From assembly GCA_963732385.1 (NCBI GenBank), contig CAVSZB010000008.1, positions 224,001 through 288,000 on the forward strand: 64,000 nt of DNA, given 5' to 3'. The stretch comes from an uncultured bacterium (GTDB lineage: Bacteria > Krumholzibacteriota > Krumholzibacteriia > LZORAL124-64-63). Under the pieces are notes generated by a model, which had not been told where the DNA came from, ran no database searches, and worked only from the letters and a program-made list of their open reading frames with translations. Made by a program: the position numbers and the translations under genes. Shown here one piece after another: positions 19,141 to 28,137 of the stretch; the first letter of the stretch is position 1, and every line of letters begins with the position of its first letter.

Positions 19141-20382
19141 TCAGATCGCAGGGAGTCCCTTGCCGGGGTCCTTGAGCCCGTGCCCCGTGATCAGCGCCAC
19201 GACCGTTTCGGCGGGGCCGATCCAGCCGCGGGCGCGGGCGGCGATGATGCCGGCGAGGGCGGTGGCGGCCGACGGCTCGGCCCACAGCCCCGCCAGGCGG
19301 GCGAGCAGGCCGATCGCCGCCAGGATGTCCGTATCCGGCACGGACAGGAAGGCGCCGCCCGAGGCGGCGACGGTGCGCCACGCCTTGACGCGGTTGCGGG
19401 GGATGCCGACCGCGATGGAGTCGGCCACGGTGTGGGCGACGACCGGGGTGACGGCGCGGAGGATGGCGGCGCTGTCGAGCGCGACGGGGTCGGCAGTGGC
19501 GGCCCAGGCGCGGGCGAGGGGCGCGGCGCCGGCGGCCTGCACGCCGTAGACGCGGGGGCGTTTCGCCGTCAGGCCGAGCGCGTGCAACTCGGCGAATGCC
19601 TTGGCCACGGACGAGACGATGCAGCCGTCGCCGACGGGGACGAAGACGGCGTCGGGGACGTCAAACCCCAGAGCGAGCGCGATTTCCAGCGCGGCGGTCT
19701 TCTTGCCCTCGACGAGGATCGGGTTGTGGGCGCAGTTGCGGCTGTACCAGCCGTGCGCCGCGATCTCCCGCAGCGAAAGGTCGAAAGCCTCGTCGTAGGT
19801 GCCTTCGACGCGGATGACGTCGGCGCCGTGCACGACGAGTTGCGCCAGTTTGGCGGCCGGCGCGGCGGCGGGGACGAAGATCGTGGCGGACAGGCCGGCG
19901 CGCGCGGCGAGCACGGCGAGGCTGGCGGCGGCGTTGCCGGTCGAGGCGCAGGCCAGGTGCGACGCGCCGAGGGACAGGGCGTGGACGACGCCCATCGCGG
20001 CGGCGCGGTCCTTGAGGCTGGCCGAAGGGAGGCCGGTGTCGTCTTTCAGGAAGAGGCGGGGCAGGTCGAGCGCCTCGCGCAGGCGGCGCGGCGCGTAAAG
20101 CGGCGTGTCGCCGAGCGACCAGGCGGGATCGGGACCGGGGGGCGCGATCGGCAGCAGCGGCGCGAAGCGCCAGAGGTCGGGGCGGCCGCGGGCGGGGAAG
20201 GGATCGGCGCGGTCGAGATCGCGCGAGACGCCGGCGTAGTCGTAGACCGCGTCGAGGATGCCGTCGATGCCGCAGCGGTCGCAGACGAAGCCGGCGTGGT
20301 CGCGCGGGAAGTCGCGCGCGCAGACGACGCACCGCCAGCCGAGCCAGTGCGGGTTCTGTGCGCCGTGGGCGACAGCGCTCAT
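19141..20382 (-). CDS. Threonine-synthase-like PLP enzyme (fold type II) with N-terminal zinc ribbon
   Basis: CVVC...CDRC, GDTPL, SASLKDR (PLP Lys), ASTGNAAASLA, EGKKT, VPVGDG, EPSAA, ITGHGLKD. Confidence 0.85.
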   Translation of the reverse strand: MSAVAHGAQNPHWLGWRCVVCARDFPRDHAGFVCDRCGIDGILDAVYDYAGVSRDLDRADPFPARGRPDLWRFAPLLPIAPPGPDPAWSLGDTPLYAPRRLREALDLPRLFLKDDTGLPSASLKDRAAAMGVVHALSLGASHLACASTGNAAASLAVLAARAGLSATIFVPAAAPAAKLAQLVVHGADVIRVEGTYDEAFDLSLREIAAHGWYSRNCAHNPILVEGKKTAALEIALALGFDVPDAVFVPVGDGCIVSSVAKAFAELHALGLTAKRPRVYGVQAAGAAPLARAWAATADPVALDSAAILRAVTPVVAHTVADSIAVGIPRNRVKAWRTVAASGGAFLSVPDTDILAAIGLLARLAGLWAEPSAATALAGIIAARARGWIGPAETVVALITGHGLKDPGKGLPAI

Positions 20383-20660
20383 TTCGGTTGCCCCGCCGCC
20401 GGAGGATCGCCGGGGCGCCACGTTTCGCTCGAGATGCGTTTGATCCGCTCGCGGACTTCGTCGGGCGTCAGCACCCCCTTCTCGACCAGCAGCTGCAGGA
20501 GCGCGTCGGACGCAAGCTTGGTGCCGAGCGCCAGCTCGCGCACCGTGACGTCTCGACGCTGCCCGTCCTGCACGATCGAGAAGGCGAGTTCGCCGGGGGG
20601 GGGGCCGGGAGCGGCCTGCGGCGGGTCGCCCCCGAACAGTCTGCGCCAGCGGCCGGTCAC
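20379..20660 (-). CDS. Hypothetical 93-aa protein
   Basis: GTG begins 2 nt after the carbamoyltransferase stop and the stop overlaps the next ATG (ATGA); helical C-terminus DALLQLLVEKGVLTPDEVRERIKRI. Confidence 0.7.
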   Translation of the reverse strand: MTGRWRRLFGGDPPQAAPGPPPGELAFSIVQDGQRRDVTVRELALGTKLASDALLQLLVEKGVLTPDEVRERIKRISSETWRPGDPPAAGQPK

Positions 20661-20662
20661 GG

Positions 20663-21640
20663 CTACATCGTCAAGGCCATGATGGCCTTGGCGGTGTGCA
20701 GGCGGTTCTCGGCCTGGTCCCAGACGACCGACTGCGGGCCGTCGATGACCGCGTCGGTCACCTCGAGACCGCGGCTCGCCGGCAGCGGGTGCATGTAGAT
20801 CGCCTCCGGACGCGCGAGTTTCATGCGGCGCTCGTCGCAGATCCAGCCAGGATATTTCTCGATCACCTTCACGGCCGCCTCGCGCACCGGCTCGTGGACC
20901 AGGCAGCCCCACGATTTCGGGTAGACGACCGAGGCGCCCTCGAACGCCGCGTCCATGTCGTCGGTGATCTCGAACTTCGTGCCCATGCGCGCGGCGTTGG
21001 CCCGCGCCCGCGCCAGGATCTCCGGCTCGAGTTTGAACTCCGGCGGATGGGCGAGCACGACGTCGAGGCCGGCGCGCGTCATCATCAGGATCTCGGACTG
21101 CGGCACGGAGATCGGGCGCACGTAGTTGGGCGCGTACGTCCAGGAGACGACGATCCGGCGGCCCCGCAGTTCAGACCCGAACTTCTCGCGCACCGTCATG
21201 AGATCGGCCGCGGCCTGGCACGGGTGGAATTTGTCGCACTGCATGTTGATGACGGGGACGCGGCTGATGGCCGCCACGCTGCGCATGAAGGCGTTCCCGT
21301 TGCCCCAGTCGCAGTTGCGGATGGCGATGCCGTGGCCGTAGCGCGACAGCACATGCGCGGTGTCCTGCGCGGTTTCGCCGTGGCTCATCTGCAGCTTCTC
21401 GGGCGTGAGGTCGTGGGCGTGGCCGCCGAGCTGGGTCATGCCGGCCTCGAACGAGTTGCGCGTGCGCGTGCTCTGCTCGAAGAACAGCATGAACAGCGTG
21501 CGGTCGCGCAGCAGGGCGTGCGGCTCGTCACGGTAGAACTTGCGCTTGAGGTCGCCGGCCGTCGCGAGCATCAGCTCCATTTCGTGGTCGGCCCACTCCT
21601 CGGTGTCGATGTAGTGGCGTCCGCGCAGCGGTTTGCTCAT
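20663..21640 (-). CDS. Carbamoyltransferase, YgeW/knotted-type rather than classical OTC
   Basis: STRTRNSF, HPCQ, HPLP, QAENRLH; SWTYAPNYVRPISVPQS and YPKSWG resemble YgeW/AOTC; lacks the OTC DxxxSMG motif. Confidence 0.85.
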   Translation of the reverse strand: MSKPLRGRHYIDTEEWADHEMELMLATAGDLKRKFYRDEPHALLRDRTLFMLFFEQSTRTRNSFEAGMTQLGGHAHDLTPEKLQMSHGETAQDTAHVLSRYGHGIAIRNCDWGNGNAFMRSVAAISRVPVINMQCDKFHPCQAAADLMTVREKFGSELRGRRIVVSWTYAPNYVRPISVPQSEILMMTRAGLDVVLAHPPEFKLEPEILARARANAARMGTKFEITDDMDAAFEGASVVYPKSWGCLVHEPVREAAVKVIEKYPGWICDERRMKLARPEAIYMHPLPASRGLEVTDAVIDGPQSVVWDQAENRLHTAKAIMALTM

Positions 21641-21677
21641 CGTCGTTCTCTCCTTGGGTCGGTGGCGCCGCGGGGCC

Positions 21678-22898
21678 TCAGGGGCAGGGGGCCGCGGCGG
21701 TGAAAGCGTCAGGGAACGCGGCGTAGAAGGCGCTGGCCGCGACGAGATCGTCGATCGGCACGTGCTCGTCGGGCGCGTGCGCCTGCGCCTCCTGCCCCGG
21801 TCCGAAGCCGACGCAGGGCACGCCGTGCATCCCGGCGATCGCCACGCCGTTCGTGCTGAAGGTCCAGCGGCTCACGACGGGGTCGCGGCCGAACAGGCCG
21901 GCGTGGGCCGCCACGCCGGCGCGCACCGCCGGGTGCGTTTCCGGCATGAGCCACGTGGGGAAATACTTCTCCATCGGGTAGACGAGTCCCTGCCACGACG
22001 GCACCTCGTAGACCAGCGTGCGCACCTGCGCCTCCGGCACGCCGGCCGCGGCGACCGTTTCGCGCACCTCGCGCAGGGCGAGTTCGCGGTCCTCGCCGGC
22101 GGTGAGGCGGCGGTCGATGTGCAGTTCGCAGCGGTCGGCCACGGCGCAGAGGCTGGGCGATTCGGAGCCGATCCAGGTGACGCAGCAGGTGCCCTTGCCG
22201 AGGAAGTCGTCGTGGCGCAGGCGGTCGTTGAGCGCCGCGATCGCCGGTACCGCGGGGGCCAGTTTGGTGATGGCGTTGTCGCCGCGCTCGGGGGCCGAGC
22301 CGTGGCAGGAGCGGCCGGTGGCCGCCACGCGGATCTCCATGCGGCCGCGCTGGCCACGCGTGAGCGTCAGCCCGGTCGGCTCCGTGGAGACGACCACCTC
22401 AGGCTTCAGCACGCCCTCCTGCAGGATGTAGTGCCAGCAGAGGCCGTCGCAGTCCTCCTCCATCACTGAGCCGACCATCCAGACCTGGCAATCGCGGGCG
22501 AGGCCCAGCTCGCGGATGATGCGGCCGGCGGTGATCATGCCGGCCATGCCGGCCTTCTGGTCGACGGCGCCACGTCCGTACACGCGGCCGAAGGCGACCT
22601 CGCCGCCGAGCGGTTCGTAGGACCACTGCTCGGGGTCGCCGAGGCCGACCGTGTCGAGGTGGGCGTCGAAAGCCACCACGCGCGGGCCGTCGCCGAGACG
22701 GCCGAGCACGTTGCCGAGGCCGTCGATGCGCACTTCGTCGAAACCGGCGTCCTTCATCTCGTCGGCCACGCGCTCGACCACGCGCGCCTCCCCGCCCGAG
22801 GGGCTCGGGATGCGCACGAGGTCGCACAGAAGGGCGGTGGTCGCGTCGCGCAGTTCGCGGGCGCGGGCCATGATCTCCTGATGACGTTGATGGCTCAT
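21678..22898 (-). CDS. ygeY: YgeY-family M20 hydrolase
   Basis: FDAHLDTV, GRGAVDQK, VMEEDCDGLCW, TEPT, GQRGRMEI, SCHGSAPERGDNAI, WTFSTNGV, AHAPDE; ATGA-coupled to ssnA. Confidence 0.92.
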   Translation of the reverse strand: MSHQRHQEIMARARELRDATTALLCDLVRIPSPSGGEARVVERVADEMKDAGFDEVRIDGLGNVLGRLGDGPRVVAFDAHLDTVGLGDPEQWSYEPLGGEVAFGRVYGRGAVDQKAGMAGMITAGRIIRELGLARDCQVWMVGSVMEEDCDGLCWHYILQEGVLKPEVVVSTEPTGLTLTRGQRGRMEIRVAATGRSCHGSAPERGDNAITKLAPAVPAIAALNDRLRHDDFLGKGTCCVTWIGSESPSLCAVADRCELHIDRRLTAGEDRELALREVRETVAAAGVPEAQVRTLVYEVPSWQGLVYPMEKYFPTWLMPETHPAVRAGVAAHAGLFGRDPVVSRWTFSTNGVAIAGMHGVPCVGFGPGQEAQAHAPDEHVPIDDLVAASAFYAAFPDAFTAAAPCP

Positions 22899-24349
22899 GC
22901 CTTCGCTCCCCGTCGTCCGCCGCGCATGATTTCCCACACGCGTCGCGCCGCCGCCTGGCAGCGCGCGGCCTCGAGCGGGGCCGGGTCGCCGGCGCGGTAG
23001 ACGCGCCGTCCGCCGACGTACACTTCGGCGATCTGCGAAGCGTGGAATCCGAACAGCATCAGGCTGAGCCAGTTGTCCGGATCGAGCGGTGTGCGCGTGA
23101 AGGCCTGCCCGACGAGGAAGTCGGCCGGGGCGCCGGTGTCGAGCGCGCCGAACGGTTCGCCGAACACCTCGCGCGCGAGGCGGTAGCCGCCGAGCCAGAG
23201 GCGCGCCGCGCCGGAGAAACCGAGCGGCCCGCGGCCCGGCTCGTTGCCGCGGAAGAAGGTGGCGCGCGCTTCGGCCCACATATTGTCGTCGAGGCCGTCG
23301 GTGCCGAAGCAGGAGCGGGCCGGAAAACGGTCCACCGGGGCGCGGCCCACGCCGTTGTTCATGTTCGACCGGCCGGCGTGCGCCAGCCACGCGCCGCGCT
23401 CCTCGATCGCCGCCAGATCGAGCGGCGTGAGGTCGACGCCGTGCGCGAACAGGCTGCCGGAGCGGACGAGCCCGTAGTCGAGCAGTCGTTCGAGCGGATC
23501 CTTCCAGCCGCGATCCTGGCTCACCTCGCGGTCGGTCGTGCCCTCGGCGAGATGCATGTGCACGCCGACGCGGTGCGTGTCGCAGAGCCGGGCCAAAGCG
23601 CCGAGCGTTTCGTCCTCGAGCGTGAAGCTGGCGTGGGCGCCGACGATGCCGCGGAAGCGCGGCACGCCGCCGTCGGGGCGGCCGGCGATCCGGCGCAGGT
23701 AGCGGTCGTTCTCCTCGAGCGTCATGTCGCGGCCGCCCGGTCCGGCGCGGTCGGTCACCTCGTAGCAGAGGCAGGCGCGCAGGCCGACGAGGTCGATTCC
23801 CTCCTCGATGCGGTCGAGGGAGCCGCCGACGGCGGTGAGGCTGGAGTGGTGGTCGAACAACAGGGTCGTGCCGCTGCGCACCGCCTCCCAGGCGCCCGCC
23901 GCGGCCGAGAGGTAGATGGCCTCGGCATCGAGCGCGCGGTCGAGCGGCCACCAGATCTCGGTGAGGATTTCGGTGAACGAGCGCGGCACCTGGCGCGGAG
24001 CCGGCATGCCGGGGGCGAGGGAGGCGTACAGGTGCGTGTGGCCGTTCACGTTGCCCGGCAGGACATTCGCTCCGGACAGGTCGATGACGGTCTCTCCCGG
24101 TTCGGGCGCCAGACCGACGCCACGCGCCACGATCCGGTCGCCGCGCACGCGCAGATCGACCGTCTCGACGCGGGGGCTGGGGTCGGCGCGCAGGTCGAGC
24201 GGGTAGTAGTCCAGGACGCGGCCGTTGCGCAACAGGATGCGCGGCTCCGGGCCGGTGTCATCGGGAAGCGCAGTCGCGCCGGAATCGGCTGTCGAGCGCA
24301 AGAGGCCCTCCTCGCGGGCGGCAGGGATGGGAAATCGCTGGTCTGCCAA
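22895..24349 (-). CDS. ssnA: SsnA-like amidohydrolase (aminohydrolase)
   Basis: NGHTHLYASLAPGM, EILTEIWWPLDRAL, GTTLLFDHHSS, LCYEVTDR, GAHASFTL, HMHLAEG, SNMNNGVG, GTDG. TTG start uncertain. Confidence 0.85.
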   Translation of the reverse strand: MADQRFPIPAAREEGLLRSTADSGATALPDDTGPEPRILLRNGRVLDYYPLDLRADPSPRVETVDLRVRGDRIVARGVGLAPEPGETVIDLSGANVLPGNVNGHTHLYASLAPGMPAPRQVPRSFTEILTEIWWPLDRALDAEAIYLSAAAGAWEAVRSGTTLLFDHHSSLTAVGGSLDRIEEGIDLVGLRACLCYEVTDRAGPGGRDMTLEENDRYLRRIAGRPDGGVPRFRGIVGAHASFTLEDETLGALARLCDTHRVGVHMHLAEGTTDREVSQDRGWKDPLERLLDYGLVRSGSLFAHGVDLTPLDLAAIEERGAWLAHAGRSNMNNGVGRAPVDRFPARSCFGTDGLDDNMWAEARATFFRGNEPGRGPLGFSGAARLWLGGYRLAREVFGEPFGALDTGAPADFLVGQAFTRTPLDPDNWLSLMLFGFHASQIAEVYVGGRRVYRAGDPAPLEAARCQAAARRVWEIMRGGRRGAKA

Positions 24350-24603
24350 CGCTCACGATCGGGGCCGAGGGGAAAAAGTTCAAGCAGGGAAACGTATCGG
24401 GCCGGGAATACGGGCGGCTTTACCGAGCGGCGTGGGGTGAGCGTACGGATGGGGGGTGGGGCGTCGTCCTGACAGAGACTGCTACGGAGGCAACGAGTTC
24501 GCTGCCTGCCGCCGGCGGTGTTGTCCGGAAGCGACGGGGCCGCTCCTGGTGGAACGGCCCCGGGCGTGTTTCGGAGTGGGCGGGAGGTGAGCGGGCGGTC
24601 GCC

Positions 24604-25656
24604 CTACTTCGCGACCAGCAACTCCTCCGTCTTCGGGAAGATCGTGTTGACGAGGGAATCGCGCACGATCCAGATCGTGTTGTCGGCGTCGGTGCGCATG
24701 TAGACGCCGCCCGGCGCATCGCCCAGGGCGGGGCGGGTGGCGCCGAAAAAGAGGGTGAATTCCTTGCCGGTCCGGAAGCGCAGCGTCGCTTTGCGGGCCG
24801 CCTTCCAGAGGCCGTACTCCTCGTAGGAGCCCTGCGGATCGGCCACGTCAGCGGCGCGGACAAGAACGAGGGCATTGAGCACGCCGTCGGCCTTGGACTT
24901 GAGCGCCGGCTTCGCCCTGGGCCGCACCATGCGCCACTCGTAGACGCTGCGGTCGGGGCCGGCCGCCGTCGCCGAGTCGCCGACGGCGACGGCCGGGGAA
25001 GAGGCGGGTGTCTGGATGTCCTTGACCAGTTCGGTGATGCGGCCCTCTTCGTCGAGGATGATCGCATCGACGTCATCGCGCACGGCCTCGTAGGCCTGTA
25101 GCTCGAGGAAGTGTCGGGACTGCGGCTTCGCCGGCCCGCTCCAGAGGCCCATCCCGGTCAGCAGGCTGGAGCCGGAGAGGTAGACCGCGTTGTCGCCGGG
25201 TCGGCGCACGAAGTCGCCCGCGGCGCCGGCCGGCTTCCGGCCGACCAGCAGTCGCAATACCGGTTGGAAGTCCTTGCCGAACACCGCCACGCTGACGGCC
25301 TGTTCGTCACTGAGGCTGTAGTCGGCCAGCACGTCGGCAGATTTCGAGCGGAACTCGCCGCGCAGATCGGACAGGCTCTTGATCAGGTCGTTGACCTTCT
25401 GCTGGCTGGCGGGGTGGCTGAAGGCCGTGCGCACCACCCACTTGTCGGGCAGTCGTTCCAGCACCACGGCAGTGCTGTCCGGGCCCTGGCCGAGCACGAT
25501 GCGGGTCAGTTCGTCCTTCAGGAAGGGCGCCGGCAGCAGCTGGGACTGGGCCGGGCGCGAAACCGCGCGCCGGTGCGAAACCTGCTGCAGGATGCTGACC
25601 AGGATCAGGGCGGCCAGGATGCCGCCCAGGAGAAACAGGTTGCGGTTCCTGATCAT
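24604..25656 (-). CDS. DUF4340-type membrane-anchored periplasmic protein
   Basis: Single N-terminal TM, internal repeat (ADYSL/EEYGL), typical last gene of gldA-gldF-gldG-like clusters. Confidence 0.75.
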   Translation of the reverse strand: MIRNRNLFLLGGILAALILVSILQQVSHRRAVSRPAQSQLLPAPFLKDELTRIVLGQGPDSTAVVLERLPDKWVVRTAFSHPASQQKVNDLIKSLSDLRGEFRSKSADVLADYSLSDEQAVSVAVFGKDFQPVLRLLVGRKPAGAAGDFVRRPGDNAVYLSGSSLLTGMGLWSGPAKPQSRHFLELQAYEAVRDDVDAIILDEEGRITELVKDIQTPASSPAVAVGDSATAAGPDRSVYEWRMVRPRAKPALKSKADGVLNALVLVRAADVADPQGSYEEYGLWKAARKATLRFRTGKEFTLFFGATRPALGDAPGGVYMRTDADNTIWIVRDSLVNTIFPKTEELLVAK

Positions 25657-27410
25657 CGTCCCCCCTCCTCGGTCTGTGCGACGCGGCGATCGATCGCCTC
25701 GCGGTAGCGGGAAGCGTCACGCCGACGGGCCGCGGCGCGGGAGATGCCGAAGATCGCCAGGCACACCGGCACCAGGCCGACGACGAAGAGGCGCCAGCCG
25801 ACCTTTTCGCTGTCGCCCGCCGGCTTGATCGCACGTTGGGTCATCGCCTTGGAACGGATCGAGATGAGATCCGCGCCGTGCGCGAGCGCGTCGACGGCGT
25901 TGAGCAGGAAGGTGGCGTTGTCGGCGGCCTGCACGACGGAGTCGTCGAACATCTTCGCGTCGCCGATCAGGATCAGCTGCGCCGGCTTGCTCGCCAGCGG
26001 CGCCACGATGTCGGACGCGGCGTCGGCCGCTCCGGCGTCGTCGGGCCAGGACGGGACGGGACGGCCGGCGAAGGCGTCGGGGAACGTCCCGGAAACGAGG
26101 ACGGCCAGCGGTTGCGGGCCATCGAACTGCCGGTTGTTGGCGTTGAGGTGGCTGCCCGGCACGACACCCGCGGTGAACTTCTCGGTCCAGCTCTTGTCGC
26201 TGGAGGTGAACAGCGGTGTCGCCTGCAGCCTGAGGCGCTCCAGATCGGCGGTGTTGAGCACCACCGGCGTGCCCCAGAGGTAAAGCAGGCTGCCGATGCG
26301 GTTCGTGAGCGACGTGCCGGAGTTCATCTGCGGCTGCGGCACCAGGATCTGCATCGGCGCGCGCACCGGTTCGTTGGTCTGGAAGCGCATGCCGCCGACG
26401 GTCTGGGTGCGGGGTACGCTCAGGACCTGCAGGCTGCTGTCGAAGAAGTGGTCCGGTACGACGCCGAGGCCGAACGCCTTGAGCATCTCGTCCAGTCCGG
26501 ACCGGCGGGCGGTGGCGCCGATGGTGAAGCCGCCGCGCGCGCCGGGCGTGTACTCGTAGTCGTGAGCCTGCAGAGCGAGAATCACGTTCATGCCGTTGCT
26601 GAGCGCGCGGTTGATCTCGAAGGCCTGCCGCGGGTTCAGTTCGTCCGGGTTGAGGACCAGCAGCACTGCGGCGTCATCCTGGATGCGCGAGTCCTTCCCG
26701 AGCTGAACGTCCTGGACTTCGTAGTGCTCCTCCCCGAGCAGCTGCTTCACGCCCTGGTAGACGTCGCGCGGCTCGGGCGGCTGCATGCCGGCCTGCAGGT
26801 ACATCATCATCGTCTGCTGGTCGATCTGCTGCCGCGGCGCGAACACGGCCACCCGGGCCTGCCGCTCGGTGGTGAGCCGGTAGACCCGCGAGACCAGCTC
26901 GTATTCCAGCGTGGCGAGCGACTGGGGCAGGACCTGGGGGATGACCTCTTCCGGCTTGTCCTTGTAGGCGATCGTCATGGCGCTCCAGATCAGCTTGACG
27001 CCGATCTCGTCCCGTTCCACGGACTGCACCTGGAACGGCCGGAGGCCCTTCTGCGTGAGCTGGTTCTGCAGCTCCTCGTTGTTCTGCGGGTCGAAGACCT
27101 CGAACTGCAGCATGCCGTCGCTGGCGCGCTGGTAGTCGCGCAGCTTGTTGGCGATGTCGCGCTCGAGCGTCTTGAGCTCGGTCGGCATCTTGGCGAGGGG
27201 GGTGATGTAGAGCTTCACCTGCACCGGCACCTTGAGTCCGCCCAGGATCTTCACCGACGCCGGCGACATCGTGTAGAGCTGATCGTCGGTCAGGTCGATT
27301 CGCGCGCCCGGCAGGCTTCCCAGCACGAGGGTGAGGAAGACCGTGATCGCCAGCAGCAGGGCCGCGGCGACGCCGAAGGTGACGCGGAAGTTCGTGCGCT
27401 TGCGTGTCAT
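25653..27410 (-). CDS. GldG-family ABC transporter accessory/substrate-binding protein
   Basis: RIDLTDDQLYTMSPAS, LEYELVSRV, N- and C-terminal TMs, NATFLLNAVDAL, LISIRSK. Confidence 0.85.
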   Translation of the reverse strand: MTRKRTNFRVTFGVAAALLLAITVFLTLVLGSLPGARIDLTDDQLYTMSPASVKILGGLKVPVQVKLYITPLAKMPTELKTLERDIANKLRDYQRASDGMLQFEVFDPQNNEELQNQLTQKGLRPFQVQSVERDEIGVKLIWSAMTIAYKDKPEEVIPQVLPQSLATLEYELVSRVYRLTTERQARVAVFAPRQQIDQQTMMMYLQAGMQPPEPRDVYQGVKQLLGEEHYEVQDVQLGKDSRIQDDAAVLLVLNPDELNPRQAFEINRALSNGMNVILALQAHDYEYTPGARGGFTIGATARRSGLDEMLKAFGLGVVPDHFFDSSLQVLSVPRTQTVGGMRFQTNEPVRAPMQILVPQPQMNSGTSLTNRIGSLLYLWGTPVVLNTADLERLRLQATPLFTSSDKSWTEKFTAGVVPGSHLNANNRQFDGPQPLAVLVSGTFPDAFAGRPVPSWPDDAGAADAASDIVAPLASKPAQLILIGDAKMFDDSVVQAADNATFLLNAVDALAHGADLISIRSKAMTQRAIKPAGDSEKVGWRLFVVGLVPVCLAIFGISRAAARRRDASRYREAIDRRVAQTEEGGR

Positions 27411-27411
27411 C

Positions 27412-28137
27412 TCAGTACTTCCTCCCTTCCAGCCAGAGGTTGTTCAGGACGAGAAAGACGGTCGTGAGGCCGAGAAAGTAGGCCAGGTCGGCCGGCTCGA
27501 TCACACCGCGCGTCAACGATGCGAAGTGCGGCATGAGTCCGAGGGAGTTCTGCAGGAAGGAGCCGAACCCTCCGAACCAGCCGTCGATGGTCGAGGCGAT
27601 CGCCGGCATGCCGAGCAGAAAGAGCACGAAGCAGCCGACCATGCCGAGGATGAAGGCCGAGATCTGGTCGCGCATCAGGCCCGACGTGAAGATGCCGACC
27701 GCCATGTAGAGCGCGCCCAGCAGCACCGCGCCGAGGTAGCCGGCCGCGATCGCCCCGCCGTCGGGGTTGCCCAGCACGTTCACCATGATCGGCACCGGGA
27801 GCGTGCCGGCCAGCGCCACCAGATAGAACGAGGTGGCCGCGAGGTACTTGCCGAGCATGACCTCGGAGGAGCGCATCGGCAGCGTCATCAACAGCTCGAA
27901 AGTACCGTTGCGTTTGTCCTCGGCCCAGAGGCGCATGGTCAGGGCGGGAATGAAGAAGATCAGAAACAGCGGCAGATTGCCGAAGAAGTCGCGCATGTCG
28001 GCCTGGCCGGAGAGGAAGAACGGCGTCATGAAGAGGCCGCAGTTGAGGGCCAGGAAGACGATGATGAAGATGTACGCGATCGGGCTGTTGAAGTACGCCG
28101 CGAATTCGCGCCGGAAGATCGTGACGACGTTAGACAT
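27412..28137 (-). CDS. GldF-family ABC-2 permease
   Basis: IFRREFAAYFNSPIAY, PALTMRLWAEDKRNGTFELLMTLP, LGKY, HFASLTRG. Confidence 0.9.
   Translation of the reverse strand: MSNVVTIFRREFAAYFNSPIAYIFIIVFLALNCGLFMTPFFLSGQADMRDFFGNLPLFLIFFIPALTMRLWAEDKRNGTFELLMTLPMRSSEVMLGKYLAATSFYLVALAGTLPVPIMVNVLGNPDGGAIAAGYLGAVLLGALYMAVGIFTSGLMRDQISAFILGMVGCFVLFLLGMPAIASTIDGWFGGFGSFLQNSLGLMPHFASLTRGVIEPADLAYFLGLTTVFLVLNNLWLEGRKY

Noticed and set aside
19141..20382. Annotation as housekeeping thrC
   Set aside because: No threonine-pathway neighbours and it is coupled to a catabolic operon; gene symbol withheld.
20663..22898. Interpretation as an arginine biosynthesis pair argF/argE
   Set aside because: The carbamoyltransferase lacks the SMG motif, the M20 enzyme has YgeY-specific EEDCDGLCW and FSTNGV motifs, and ssnA is adjacent.
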